DNA of 64,000 bases from Oligoflexia bacterium. Its GTDB lineage: Bacteria > Bdellovibrionota > UBA1018. The stretch is from positions 86,404 to 150,403 of the forward strand of contig JAMPXJ010000006.1 in assembly GCA_023701205.1 (NCBI GenBank), read 5' to 3'. Each line of letters opens with the position of its first letter. Within the stretch, counting starts at the first letter, position 1. The notes under the pieces were generated by a model. The model ran no database searches and was not told where the DNA came from. It saw nothing but the letters and a program-made list of their open reading frames with translations. The position numbers and the translations under genes are program-made. Shown here one piece after another: positions 1 through 9,793 of the stretch.

Positions 1-415
1 GACGAAGCTCCCTTTGCCGGAAGACGGGGAACCGCTCGCGCGCTTCGGTATCGCGGTCTGTCGCGCCCTCAAGAGCAATGCCGTGGCACTCGTGCGCGCG
101 ATCCCGGGCCTCGCCGGAGGATATCAGCTCGTGGGCGCTGGCCAGGGCCAGCCCAACCGGATCGAGGCGCTGCAGGCTCTGGCCATCCCGCGCGCGCAGG
201 CAGTCCTGCGCGAAGGTGGCGGTCGGCTCGGGGATTGCCTGCTGGTGAGCGATGCGTTTTTTCCATTCCGCGATACGGTGGATGCCGCGCATGCGGCGGG
301 GATTCGGATGATCGTGCAGCCCGGGGGCAGCATCAAGGACGCCGAGAGCATCGCGGCCTGCGATGAGCATGGCATCGCGATGGCGTTTACGGGGGTTCGG
401 CATTTCCGGCATTGA
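1..415 (+). CDS. purH: Bifunctional purine biosynthesis protein PurH, C-terminal part (truncated by window start)
   Basis: KSNAV, GAGQ..R, SDAFFPFRD, QPGGSIKD and terminal FTGVRHFRH motifs of AICAR transformylase. Confidence 0.95.
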   Translation, partial: TKLPLPEDGEPLARFGIAVCRALKSNAVALVRAIPGLAGGYQLVGAGQGQPNRIEALQALAIPRAQAVLREGGGRLGDCLLVSDAFFPFRDTVDAAHAAGIRMIVQPGGSIKDAESIAACDEHGIAMAFTGVRHFRH

Positions 416-597
416 ACTGAGGATTCCCGGAACCGCGCGCTAGCCGGTGTGGCATTAAGTCAAACTGTAGCAGAATAATGTGCAAACACGGAAACAGACG
501 TAAAAACAGTTAGTTAAGGCTTGCTTACTCATTCTGTAATAATTATGGACGCCCCTAATTTCACTGCTATAAAGGGCAAAATCAAAGGGGACTTACG

Positions 598-984
598 ATG
601 AAAAGAGTGTCGCTGCTGGCGTTTGTATTTCTTTGTTCCTCCGTTAATGCTTTTGCGGTTGAGCCTGTCGTTCAGTGTATGTGGCGGGACTCCAATGCCG
701 CAGCGAACGGCAACACCGAAAACAGGTTTAAACTTCCGCTGACGGGGAATGACGACATTCATCATTCATTCAAGTCCCCAGCAGATTCTGCAGTCACTTT
801 CACGGTTTCCTATACTCGTTCGTTCAACACCGTTGATACGTTTATTCGGGATGAAGAACTTGGTGTTGAAGCAATGGCAACTGAATGGATGAACGAACCC
901 AAAAAAAAAGCCATGTCTGCAGTCCGGCTTTCTACTCGTAAAGGGAGCTACATTCTTTCGTGTGCCATTGTTGGCGGCGAATGA
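598..984 (+). CDS. Secreted hypothetical protein (passenger of the element)
   Basis: 128-aa ORF, signal peptide MKRVSLLAFVFLCSSVNAFA, AGGGG RBS-like sequence upstream. Confidence 0.7.
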   Translation: MKRVSLLAFVFLCSSVNAFAVEPVVQCMWRDSNAAANGNTENRFKLPLTGNDDIHHSFKSPADSAVTFTVSYTRSFNTVDTFIRDEELGVEAMATEWMNEPKKKAMSAVRLSTRKGSYILSCAIVGGE

Positions 985-1422
985 TCAAAAGAGAGAGTAG
1001 CCGTTATTCACGGCGATAAAGAGCCAGATGTGATGCTCCAGGTATTTTAGGTTCGGTGTGAATCCCCAGAATCGTCGCCTAAGTCGTGAGATCCTGGAGC
1101 GAAGAACCGCACATTTTTGATTTATACTGAACAGCGGGTCAAATGCCTTCGTGAGAGTTTTCCCGTTCTTCTGCTTTTTGTTCCACCAGCTCCCTGGATC
1201 TGGCTTGAGCGAAAAATCCTCCAAGTCCCCGTGTTTTTCAAAGCTTGAAAGAGCCCGCTCCCTGAGCTTCAAGTCGGAGCCACTGTGTTTTTGGTAGTTG
1301 GCGAACGGCAAAATCCTGTTCACCAGGGGCTCATATTCAACCCACTTGTCGCTCGCTATAGTGAAGTTCTTCTCGTCTTTGAAACGACATTGGTAAGATC
1401 CCGGAGCATTGCCTTTAGCCAA
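985..1422 (-). pseudogene. Truncated IS1/IS1595-like DDE transposase, C-terminal fragment
   Basis: SD..W..Y and DPLFSINQKCAVLRSRISRLRRRFWGF...L.HHIWLF...NN resemble IS1-type transposase C-termini; ORF starts only ~27 bp inside the right TIR, so the N-terminus is missing. Confidence 0.6.
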
Positions 1423-1563
1423 TTTCAGAAGTTAGAAAAAAACCCCGAACATTATTTCTCTACAGTTTGCATTAAGTAGCCGAAAATAAAGACGGATTTC
1501 CTTTTTCGAACCTAACAAGAGGAAGGGGTAGCGAGAAATGACGCAGCGTGTTATCAGGCGCCC

Positions 1564-2268
1564 ATGAATCATTTCCTTTCGCTATTCGCCCTGATCTTTT
1601 CTGTTTCGGCACCGGCCGCGGAGCTGTCGCAATCGAAGGCTTCGCCTTCAGAGGATTCCGCCGGTTTCGAGAACTTCTACCAGCGCGTGATGCAGATCCG
1701 TCAGGACTCTTCGCGCGAGAATGAGAGCCTGGTTTTTCACCCCGTCCCGTCCGGCCCTCGAGTTCGTCTCATGGGCGAGTGGGACCCGCAGAACTGGGGC
1801 ATTTCAGACTCGCGGAACGGCGACCTCGTCTTTCTGATCGGCCACCTGGAAGCCAGTCCGACTCGCCAGGAGATGAAGAAGTTCCATGGAATGATCAAAT
1901 GGGCGATCGATTCAGGGTTTCGCGCGGTGATGGACCCGGCGGCGCTGAACGAGGAGCTCCGGCAGACCGTGCGCTCCGACAGGACTTCCGTGGTCATCTG
2001 GTCGAGTCACGGTTCGGCCGATGGCCGCGTGTGGGACGCAAAGGAGCGTGCCGTGCCGGCCGATGCTTTCGCCGACCGCGCGGGCGATCTGTTGAAGATG
2101 TATGTCCTGAGCAATTGCTCCGGCGAGAATACCGTCAAGCATTACCGGTTCAAGCCGGGTAGCAGGCACGTTTATTGGGAAGGCAAGACGACCAGTCAGG
2201 CGCTTTTCAGCTATCTTTACTCCACCCTCTTTGACGATGGCCTGAGGGATCTCGGCTTTTCGCTGTAA
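1564..2268 (+). CDS. Secreted hypothetical protein
   Basis: Signal peptide; WSSHG and LSNC motifs could be a caspase/CHAT-like His-Cys dyad (tentative). Confidence 0.65.
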   Translation: MNHFLSLFALIFSVSAPAAELSQSKASPSEDSAGFENFYQRVMQIRQDSSRENESLVFHPVPSGPRVRLMGEWDPQNWGISDSRNGDLVFLIGHLEASPTRQEMKKFHGMIKWAIDSGFRAVMDPAALNEELRQTVRSDRTSVVIWSSHGSADGRVWDAKERAVPADAFADRAGDLLKMYVLSNCSGENTVKHYRFKPGSRHVYWEGKTTSQALFSYLYSTLFDDGLRDLGFSL

Positions 2269-2358
2269 AACGCGGTTGCCGGATGTCTCTCTGCCGGAAA
2301 AAAGGTCGGCAGCAGGTATCCGGCATTCCGTCAATCAGCAAACCGGTTCAGAGCGGGC

Positions 2359-2949
2359 TTACGGCCGCAGTTCCGGCCGCGTTCCCATCAGCTCATTGAG
2401 CTGCAGCACGAACTCCACCGCCGCGCGCGCGTCCTTTCCCTCGGTGGGGCTGTTGCAGTAGAGCCTCCGGCCGTAGACCGTTTCGATCTCGATCCAGTGA
2501 GGACAGCTGTCCTTGGGTGAGGGAGTGGCCGAAGGGAGACCTAGCGCGAGCTGACTGACCTTTTGGCGAAGCCCGAGCTCGAGCTTCTCGTCCAGGCGGA
2601 TCATCAGCGCATTGCCGGCGTCCTCGGCCGTCGCGATGCGGGTCATCGTGGTCTCGGAAAGCCCGCGCTCGACCTTCCACACGATGAGGGCCTGCTCGAC
2701 ATGCGCGGCGATCCCTTCCTGGATATTCCAGATGAGGTCCTTGAATTCCGGTTCGGACTCTCCCGGCGCGGCGGAATCAAAGGGATTGGGCAGGATCGGC
2801 TGGAAAGTATCGGAGAGCGCCGGCGAGGGCTCGTCCGGCAATGGGCGCTTGCCGGCCGCTTGCGTCGGCTCGGAAAAGGTCAGAGCCGCCAGAAACGACA
2901 GGACCGAAAGCAAGGAAACGGAAATCAGGTTTTTGGATTCACTCGGCAT
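2359..2949 (-). CDS. Secreted hypothetical protein
   Basis: 196-aa ORF with hydrophobic signal-like N-terminus; sigma54-like promoter upstream. Confidence 0.65.
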   Translation of the reverse strand: MPSESKNLISVSLLSVLSFLAALTFSEPTQAAGKRPLPDEPSPALSDTFQPILPNPFDSAAPGESEPEFKDLIWNIQEGIAAHVEQALIVWKVERGLSETTMTRIATAEDAGNALMIRLDEKLELGLRQKVSQLALGLPSATPSPKDSCPHWIEIETVYGRRLYCNSPTEGKDARAAVEFVLQLNELMGTRPELRP

Positions 2950-2993
2950 TTTTCCACCCCACCCAAAATTTTCAATACCTGATTTTGACGAAC

Positions 2994-3009
2994 AGCAATC
3001 GATATGCCA
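2994..3009 (-). promoter_or_regulatory. Candidate sigma54 (-24/-12) promoter
   Basis: Minus strand TGGCATATCGATTGCT = GG-N10-GC, ~45 bp upstream of the 2949 start. Confidence 0.55.
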
Positions 3010-3172
3010 GGGATTCGAGCCGCGAGCGTATTTGGAAATTCCATTTAAATCAAACCATTGTTAGTTTGTAGCCACCCAATGAGCGGGGCGTTTCGAGAGA
3101 TAAGTTGGCTCCGGTGACGAAATGGGACTATGGCCAGAAAGGGCCAGGCAATTTTCGGGAGACAGGGACACG

Positions 3173-4216
3173 ATGGCGGCCTTGGATTACGCGCAGTCGG
3201 GAGTGAATCGCGAAGCGGCGGACCGTCTGGTCGAACGGATCGCGCTCCTGGCGAAAGCCACCTTGAACCGGAGGGTGAAAGCCGCCGTGGGCGGGTACGC
3301 TTCCCTTTTCGAACTCGATCGGAAACGCTGGCTTGCCGCCTCGACCGATGGCGTGGGGACGAAGCTCAAGCTCGCGTTCCGGCTGCGCGAGCACCGGACG
3401 GTAGGCGTCGATCTGGTCGCGATGTCGGTGAACGACATTCTTTGCGTCGGCGCCGAGCCGCTTTTCTTCCTCGATTACTTCGCTACGGGCCGGCTCGATC
3501 CGGGAGTGGCCGAGCAGGTGCTCGAAGGGATCGTCGAGGGCTGCCGGCAGTCGGGCTGCGCGCTCGTGGGCGGCGAGACCGCCGAGATGCCGGAATTTTA
3601 CGCGGCGGGGGAATACGACCTGGGTGGCTTCGCCGTGGGGCTGGTCGAGCCCCGGCGGGCGCTGCCTTCGCGCGAGATCCGCGCGGGCGATGTGCTCGTG
3701 GGTCTGGGCTCGAGCGGCTGTCACAGCAACGGTTATAGCCTGCTCAGAAAGCTTCTGCCCGAGGGCGCCGAGGGCGACGCGCGGGCGCGTGAGCTGCTCA
3801 CGCCGACGCGGATCTATGTCAAGGCGGTGAGAAAGCTCCTGGAGCGCGGGTGGGTGAAAGGCCTGGCTCATATCACGGGCTCAGGCTACCTCAACGTGCC
3901 GCGCATGTCCGAACGGGTGAGTTATCGGATCTCGCTGCCGCCGCGCGCGGAGCTTCCCTCGATTTATGACTGGGTTCGCGAGCGTTCGGGACTGCCGTTT
4001 TCGGAGCTCGCGTGCACTTTCAATCTGGGGATCGGGATGGTGCTCGTCGTTCCGGCCCGTAAAGCGGAAGAAGCCGTGAAGCTCGCCCGGCGCGCGGGCG
4101 AGAAGGCCTGGATCATCGGCGAGGTGACGGGAAAGGCGCGGGGCCGGGATTCCTCGGTCGCGATCTCGCAGGAAGGCGAGACGGCGGTGCTGGATTATGG
4201 GTCTGATTCCGGCTGA
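3173..4216 (+). CDS. purM: Phosphoribosylformylglycinamidine cyclo-ligase (AIR synthetase)
   Basis: STDGVGTK, VAMSVND, PLFFLDY, GGETAEMP, HSNGYSL, HITG, FNLGIGM; start set at ATG 3173. Confidence 0.97.
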   Translation: MAALDYAQSGVNREAADRLVERIALLAKATLNRRVKAAVGGYASLFELDRKRWLAASTDGVGTKLKLAFRLREHRTVGVDLVAMSVNDILCVGAEPLFFLDYFATGRLDPGVAEQVLEGIVEGCRQSGCALVGGETAEMPEFYAAGEYDLGGFAVGLVEPRRALPSREIRAGDVLVGLGSSGCHSNGYSLLRKLLPEGAEGDARARELLTPTRIYVKAVRKLLERGWVKGLAHITGSGYLNVPRMSERVSYRISLPPRAELPSIYDWVRERSGLPFSELACTFNLGIGMVLVVPARKAEEAVKLARRAGEKAWIIGEVTGKARGRDSSVAISQEGETAVLDYGSDSG

Positions 4217-6935
4217 ACTGATCCCGCTGGAGCGGCTCGCCGGCCTGAGCCCCGCGACCTGGCTTGCGGTGGGCCCGGGCTTCGCGCGCGAGGAGATCAA
4301 GGCGCTGCTGCTCGAATCAGGCTCCGCTTTCGTCGCGGATGCGGTGACGACCGCTCCGGAAATCGCGCGCAAGGTGCTCAACGCCTCGGGACGGTCGATC
4401 GGGAGCGAGGCCGTGCTGGAGAGCCTCGGACGCCAGGAGGTGCTGCGGCTGCTGCTCGGGGAGCGGCGGCTGAGTGCGCGCTTTCCCGAGCTCAAGAAGC
4501 TCCGCCGGCAGGGCGGCTTCTTCCGGCGGCTGGACCGCGCGCTTCAGGCGGGGCGGCTCGCCATCTCCCACGCCGAGGAGGAGGAGGCGATCCTCGGAAG
4601 GCTCGAGCAGCGTTTCGGGAAGAGCTCCCTTCGGGAGGAGTTGTCGCTGCTCGCGCGCGCGTACGAGGCGTGGCTCATGGGCTCGGAACTTTGGGATCCG
4701 CCGCTGCTGTTGCGCCAGGCCACCGAGGCGCTCGCGCGCGAATGGCCCGCGCGCCTGCAGCAGCCCGGGGAGATTCTCCATTTCACGATCCAGCAGCCCG
4801 AAAGCTTGGAGCGCACCTTCTGGGACGCGCTCTCGCGAACGGTGCCGGTTCGCCGGCCCGAATGGGGAACGCCCGCGGGGCCGGGCGTCCGGGAGGTTCG
4901 GTGGTCCTGGGAACGCTGGCATACGCTGGATGACGCCGCCGAAAGGCTGGCCGAATGCCTTGCCGCCGAGCGGGATCTTACCGGGCACGCGGTACTGCTG
5001 GCGGATTCTCCATCGGTGCGGCGTTCGCTCAAGCGCGCGCTGCGCGACTGGGGCGTGACCGAAGCCGATCCCCGCGATCCACTGAGGCTCCAGCAGGAGG
5101 AGGCCGTGAAGTGGGCTCTTCTGCCGCTGGAGCTGGTCGGACGCGGTTACGAGCGTGAGCAGGTCGTGGCCTGGATCCGCGGTTTTCTCTCGGACCCGGA
5201 GGCGCGGCGCGAGGGCCCGGGCTGGGTCGCGGAAACCAGCGCGCGGGGTCTGCGGCTGGGGCGACGCGGGTACCAAGGCGGGGCCTTGACTCCCGTGTTC
5301 ACTCGCCTGGAACGGCTGGAAGCGACGCTCGGCGGGCGAAAATCCTGCGATGAGCTCGCGAAAGCGCATCTCGCGCTTCTTCGCGAGAACCTCGATGAGC
5401 GCGGCGAGGCCGCCGCGGCGCTGGGATGGGCGCTCGGGTTTTTCGAGGAGCTTTGGGCGCGCTTCGGTCGAGAGCTCGAGATCCTCGGACTGCGTGATCG
5501 TCGTGCGCCCCCGCTTTATTGGCTCGAGCGGATCGTCGCGCGGGTGCAGGAAAGTCCGGCCCCCGTGGAGCGCGCGCGACCATCCGGCGGCTTGGCCGTC
5601 TACCGGCTGCAGCAGGCGCCGCTCCGGGGCGCGCGCAAGCTCTGGGTTTTCGGACTTTCCGGCCGCTGGCTTTCGGCGGAAGGGGTGGGGGATTACTTTT
5701 TCAGCGAGCGGGAGCGCGAGGTGCTTTCGGCGGAGTTCGCCGTGCGTTCGGGAATCCAGGCTCGGGCGGAGCGCCTCTCCGCGTTGCGCGCCTGGCTCGC
5801 CGGGGCGCAGGAAATCGCCCTGCTGGATGCGCTTCACGATCCCGACGGCGGCGAGCGCGAGCTGCTCACGCCGGTCTTGAAGGAATGGGGTGGCCCGCAC
5901 ACGCCTTCCGAGCCCCTGGACAAGGGGGCGCATCCGCGCTGGTCGGCGAGCTATGGAGCGCTTCGCCCGCTGCAGCCCCAGGAGGCACGGCTGCCGGCGC
6001 TGCCGGCGCGACCCGGCGCCAGCTGCCCGGAGATCACCGCGACCGCGCTCGATCGTTACAGCCGCTGCGCCTTCCAGGCCCTGGCGTTCGACCGCTGGAA
6101 GCTGCGCGATTCCCGCGAGCCCGACTGCGATCTCTGGCCGGATGCGCGCGGGAATATCCTGCACGAGGCGGTGCGGCTGCTCATTGAGGGACGTGACGAC
6201 GCCGGCGGTTTCTCGCTCAGTCCCGCCGAGGCGCTCGACCGCGCCTGGCGCCGCAAACCGCCCAAAGGCCTGCTCCGCAGCGCGAGTCTCGAGCGGCACC
6301 TGAGATCGCGCCTCGTCCAGGTGCTTGAGTCCTTCTGCGAGAAAGAACGCGAGTACCAGCGCCGCGCGGGCGCGCGGCCGCGGCTGCTCGACGATACGTC
6401 GCTTCGGCTCGAGCTGGGAGAGGTCGCGATCAAAGGCACCCCTGATCGCATCGACGAGATTTCCGAGGGGCTCTTCGTCATGGACTACAAGACCTCCGGA
6501 GGGCTCCCGAGCGGCGCGGACATGGTGGAACTGGGCTATCGCCTGCAGCTGCCTTTTTACGCGCTCGCGGCCGAGGAGCGGCTGGGAAGGCCCGTGCTCG
6601 GCGTCCAGTTCATCGAGCTCAGTCGCAAGGGCTCACGCTCGAGCGGGATCTTCTTCAAGCGCCACAACGGGAAAGAGCCCGGCAAGCTCACCCAGGTCCG
6701 CTCCAATTCCCGGAGCCTCCTGCCCGGCGAGCCCGGGGAGCTCTGGCCCGTGCTGCGCGAGCGGATCGCGGCGGAGGCGAAAGGTTTCGCCCGCGGAGAG
6801 TTCGCCGCCCGTCCCAAGCGGGGTGACCGGGAATGCCAGGGCTGCGTAGCCGGGGATCTGTGCGGATATCGCCGCCGGATCAGCGACGGGCTCACTGACG
6901 AGGCTTCCGAAAAAGCCGAGGGAGGCGCCGAATGA
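4197..6935 (+). CDS. addB: AddB-like PD-(D/E)XK nuclease subunit
   Basis: C-terminal GNILHE, GTPDRID, VMDYKT, LQL..YA and Cys staple; overlaps the start of a UvrD-type helicase gene. Confidence 0.8.
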   Translation: MGLIPAELIPLERLAGLSPATWLAVGPGFAREEIKALLLESGSAFVADAVTTAPEIARKVLNASGRSIGSEAVLESLGRQEVLRLLLGERRLSARFPELKKLRRQGGFFRRLDRALQAGRLAISHAEEEEAILGRLEQRFGKSSLREELSLLARAYEAWLMGSELWDPPLLLRQATEALAREWPARLQQPGEILHFTIQQPESLERTFWDALSRTVPVRRPEWGTPAGPGVREVRWSWERWHTLDDAAERLAECLAAERDLTGHAVLLADSPSVRRSLKRALRDWGVTEADPRDPLRLQQEEAVKWALLPLELVGRGYEREQVVAWIRGFLSDPEARREGPGWVAETSARGLRLGRRGYQGGALTPVFTRLERLEATLGGRKSCDELAKAHLALLRENLDERGEAAAALGWALGFFEELWARFGRELEILGLRDRRAPPLYWLERIVARVQESPAPVERARPSGGLAVYRLQQAPLRGARKLWVFGLSGRWLSAEGVGDYFFSEREREVLSAEFAVRSGIQARAERLSALRAWLAGAQEIALLDALHDPDGGERELLTPVLKEWGGPHTPSEPLDKGAHPRWSASYGALRPLQPQEARLPALPARPGASCPEITATALDRYSRCAFQALAFDRWKLRDSREPDCDLWPDARGNILHEAVRLLIEGRDDAGGFSLSPAEALDRAWRRKPPKGLLRSASLERHLRSRLVQVLESFCEKEREYQRRAGARPRLLDDTSLRLELGEVAIKGTPDRIDEISEGLFVMDYKTSGGLPSGADMVELGYRLQLPFYALAAEERLGRPVLGVQFIELSRKGSRSSGIFFKRHNGKEPGKLTQVRSNSRSLLPGEPGELWPVLRERIAAEAKGFARGEFAARPKRGDRECQGCVAGDLCGYRRRISDGLTDEASEKAEGGAE

Positions 6936-9793
6936 GCGGGGAAACGGCGCCAGCGACGAATCTCTCTCCCGAACAGCAGCAGGTGGTGGACACCTGGGGC
7001 AGGGGAATGGCCGTGCTCGCGGGCGCGGGCTCGGGCAAGACGACGACGCTCGTGCTCAAGTGCGCGGAGCTGCTCAGGCGCAGGCCCGACGCGCGCTTCG
7101 CGGCGGTTTCCTTCACGGAGCGTTCCGCCGGGGATCTCCGGCTCAAGCTCTCCGAGCGACTCTCGCTCGAGGGGGAGGGTGGCGCCCTGGGCGGACATTG
7201 GGTCATGACGATCCACGGCCTGTGCCGCGCGATCCTGCGCGAGTACCCGCGCGAGGCGGGATTCGACGGCGAGGAGACGATGCTCTCGGAAGCCGAAGGA
7301 CAGCTCCTGTGGGAACGCGCCATCGAGTCGCTCTGGTTCGATGAGCTGCCCCCGGAGGTCGCGCGCGGGCTGGACGCGCTGCTGGCGCGCGAGAGCCGCG
7401 CGAGCGTTTTCCAGCTCCTCAAGCGGGTGCGCGAGCTCGCCGGCTTCGGAGGCCTGGAGTCGCTCGCGCGTTCGGAGGACGAAGCCGCGCGCGCGCTCGC
7501 GGCGATCGCCGGTCACGTGCTCTCGCGCTTCGAGCGACTGAAGCGACGCCGCGGGGCGCTTGATTTCTCGGATCTCGAGCTCGGGGCGGATCGCGCCCTG
7601 GAACATGCCCACGTCCGGGAAGCCTTTCACCGCCGCTTCGAGCTGGTGCTGGTTGACGAGTTCCAGGACACCAACCCCCTGCAGGCGAGGATCATCCTCA
7701 GATTTTGCCGGCCCGATACCTCGAACCTCTGCGTCGTGGGCGACCCCAAGCAGTCGATCTACCGCTTCCGCGACGCCGACGTGAGCGTCTTCGAGGATTT
7801 CTGCCGCAGGCTTCCTTCGCGTCACGTGCTGAGCTGGAACTTCCGCAGCCGGCCCGGCATCATCGAGTTCGCAAACGCCGTCTGCGCGCGCGCGTTCGCG
7901 GAGCCGGACGCGGCGCAGGCCATGCCTTACGACGCGCTGGAGCCGCGGCGCGAAGCCGACCCCGGCGCGATTCCGGTCGGGCGCCTCGACGTGCGCTCGC
8001 CCGCGGAGCTCGCCGCCTGGATCGGCGCCGAAGCCGCGCGGGGGGTGCCTTTGCACGAGATGGCGCTGCTCGTGCGTCGCATCCGCGGCAACGAGAAGTG
8101 GTTCAAGGCCCTGACTGCGGCGGGAATCCCGATCGCCATCGGCAGCGGCGGCCTCTTCTGGGAGGATCCGAGAGCGCGCGAGCTCGTGGCTTTCCTGCGC
8201 TGGTGGGATCTGCCGGCGAACTCGCTTTCGGGCGCGGTTTTCCTGCGTGCGCCGTGGGTGGGCGTCGCGGACGCCGAGCTCGACGCCTGGCACGGGAAGG
8301 ACCCGACGCTTTGGTCGCCGTTTTTCGCCTCCTCCCATCCGCTCGCGCGGGCGTTGTCGCCGCTGCGGGAGCGACCCGTGCGCCCCGGCGAGCTGCTCGA
8401 GGCGCTGCTGGTCGACGAGGGGCTCGAGCGCGAGCTCGGTGCGGCGCTGCTGGGGCTTTGGCATCGCGCCGAGGAGCTTTCGCTTCGCGGGCTCGACTTC
8501 CATCAGGTCGTGCTCGAGCTTGCGCGCGCGATCGAGGAGGGTCGGCGCGAGCGCGACGTTCCGCCTCCGCGCAACCTCGGGCAGCTTCCGGTCCTGACCT
8601 TCCACTCCTCCAAGGGCCTGGAGTTCAAGCACGTGATCCTGATCGATCTGGGCGAGAAGCCGCGCGCGATGCCCGCACCGCTGCTTTTCTGGGATCGCGA
8701 GCGGGGTGCATATCTCGGTCCGCGCGACGGCGACGGCGAGCGCGACCGCAAGCATCCGGTGGAGAACGCATGGCGCGAGACGGAGCGGGCGCGGAATCTC
8801 GCGGAGAGCAAACGCATCTTCTACGTGGCGCTCACGCGCGCGCGCGAGCGCCTGGTGCTGGCGTGCCCCGAGCTCTCGGAAAAGGCGCGCGAAAAGGGCT
8901 TCGATCCCGCCAAGGTTTATGGCGAAGAGGACTGGCGCGGTTGGCTGGAGTGTTCGGGCATCCGGCTGCCGGCGCTCTCGTCGGCGGACTGGCCCGGCCC
9001 CGGTGCCTCGACGGCCGACTCCGGTGCGGGGGGGCGCCCTGTTACGGAGCGTTCACGGGCTCTCCCGTTGCGGAGACCCCGCCATAGCGTGACGGAATGG
9101 AATCTGCTCGCGAAATGCCCGCGCGCCTATGAGTGGATGCACGCGCGACCGCGGCGGGTACCTTGCGAGTCGGAGCCCGAGCAGGAGGGGATCCCGCAGG
9201 CGGATCTCGGGAGCCGGGCTCACGCGGCGCTGGAGCTCGGAAATGAGGAAGCCTTGCGCGCCCTCGAAGCGGAGTTCGGAGCCGAGCGTTTCCGGGCCGC
9301 GCCGGTGTTGGAGTGGCTGCGCTCCAGCCGGTGGATGCGGCCGGGGCTGCGCGCATGGAGCGAGCTCGCGTTCGAGGTGCCGGTGCGAGGCCCCCTGGGA
9401 CCCGAAGCGCTGGTGGGCTCGATCGACCGCCTCGCCCTGGATCCCGATTCGGAACGCTTCGCGGTGATCGACTTCAAGGTGACCGCGCGCGCGCGCGCGC
9501 CGCGGAGTCTGCTGGAGTCCTATCGTTTGCAGCTGGAGCTTTACGCATGGGCGATCCAGGCGCTGCAGCCCGGGCTCGATCGCGAGAAGCTCGAGGCGTG
9601 GATCGTGAATCTCTCGCCCGAAGGCGTTTCGGAGATCCGCGTACCGCTCGAAGACGTTCGCGGTCCCTCGCCCGAGGCCTTGGCTTCGGAGGCCGCGCGG
9701 ATCGTCGCAGGCGGGGAAGGAGAGGCTCGGCCGGGTTCCCATTGCCGGTACTGTCGGGTGCGGGTGCTCTGTCCTCGCGCCGAATCCGATTGA
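6932..9793 (+). CDS. addA: AddA-like UvrD helicase-nuclease
   Basis: AGAGSGKT, VDEFQDTN, VGDPKQSIYRFR, NFRS, TFHSSKGLEF, YVALTRARE; C-terminal GSIDRL/VIDFK nuclease. Confidence 0.9.
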   Translation: MSGETAPATNLSPEQQQVVDTWGRGMAVLAGAGSGKTTTLVLKCAELLRRRPDARFAAVSFTERSAGDLRLKLSERLSLEGEGGALGGHWVMTIHGLCRAILREYPREAGFDGEETMLSEAEGQLLWERAIESLWFDELPPEVARGLDALLARESRASVFQLLKRVRELAGFGGLESLARSEDEAARALAAIAGHVLSRFERLKRRRGALDFSDLELGADRALEHAHVREAFHRRFELVLVDEFQDTNPLQARIILRFCRPDTSNLCVVGDPKQSIYRFRDADVSVFEDFCRRLPSRHVLSWNFRSRPGIIEFANAVCARAFAEPDAAQAMPYDALEPRREADPGAIPVGRLDVRSPAELAAWIGAEAARGVPLHEMALLVRRIRGNEKWFKALTAAGIPIAIGSGGLFWEDPRARELVAFLRWWDLPANSLSGAVFLRAPWVGVADAELDAWHGKDPTLWSPFFASSHPLARALSPLRERPVRPGELLEALLVDEGLERELGAALLGLWHRAEELSLRGLDFHQVVLELARAIEEGRRERDVPPPRNLGQLPVLTFHSSKGLEFKHVILIDLGEKPRAMPAPLLFWDRERGAYLGPRDGDGERDRKHPVENAWRETERARNLAESKRIFYVALTRARERLVLACPELSEKAREKGFDPAKVYGEEDWRGWLECSGIRLPALSSADWPGPGASTADSGAGGRPVTERSRALPLRRPRHSVTEWNLLAKCPRAYEWMHARPRRVPCESEPEQEGIPQADLGSRAHAALELGNEEALRALEAEFGAERFRAAPVLEWLRSSRWMRPGLRAWSELAFEVPVRGPLGPEALVGSIDRLALDPDSERFAVIDFKVTARARAPRSLLESYRLQLELYAWAIQALQPGLDREKLEAWIVNLSPEGVSEIRVPLEDVRGPSPEALASEAARIVAGGEGEARPGSHCRYCRVRVLCPRAESD

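Larger units (their letters stand above)
461..1469. mobile_element. Non-autonomous IS-derived element with passenger gene
   Basis: TIRs CAAACTGTAGCAGAATAATGT (461-481) and ACATTATTTCTCTACAGTTTG (1449-1469), 18/21 match; 8-bp direct repeat CATTAAGT at 453-460 and 1470-1477; AT-rich relative to flanks. Confidence 0.85.
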
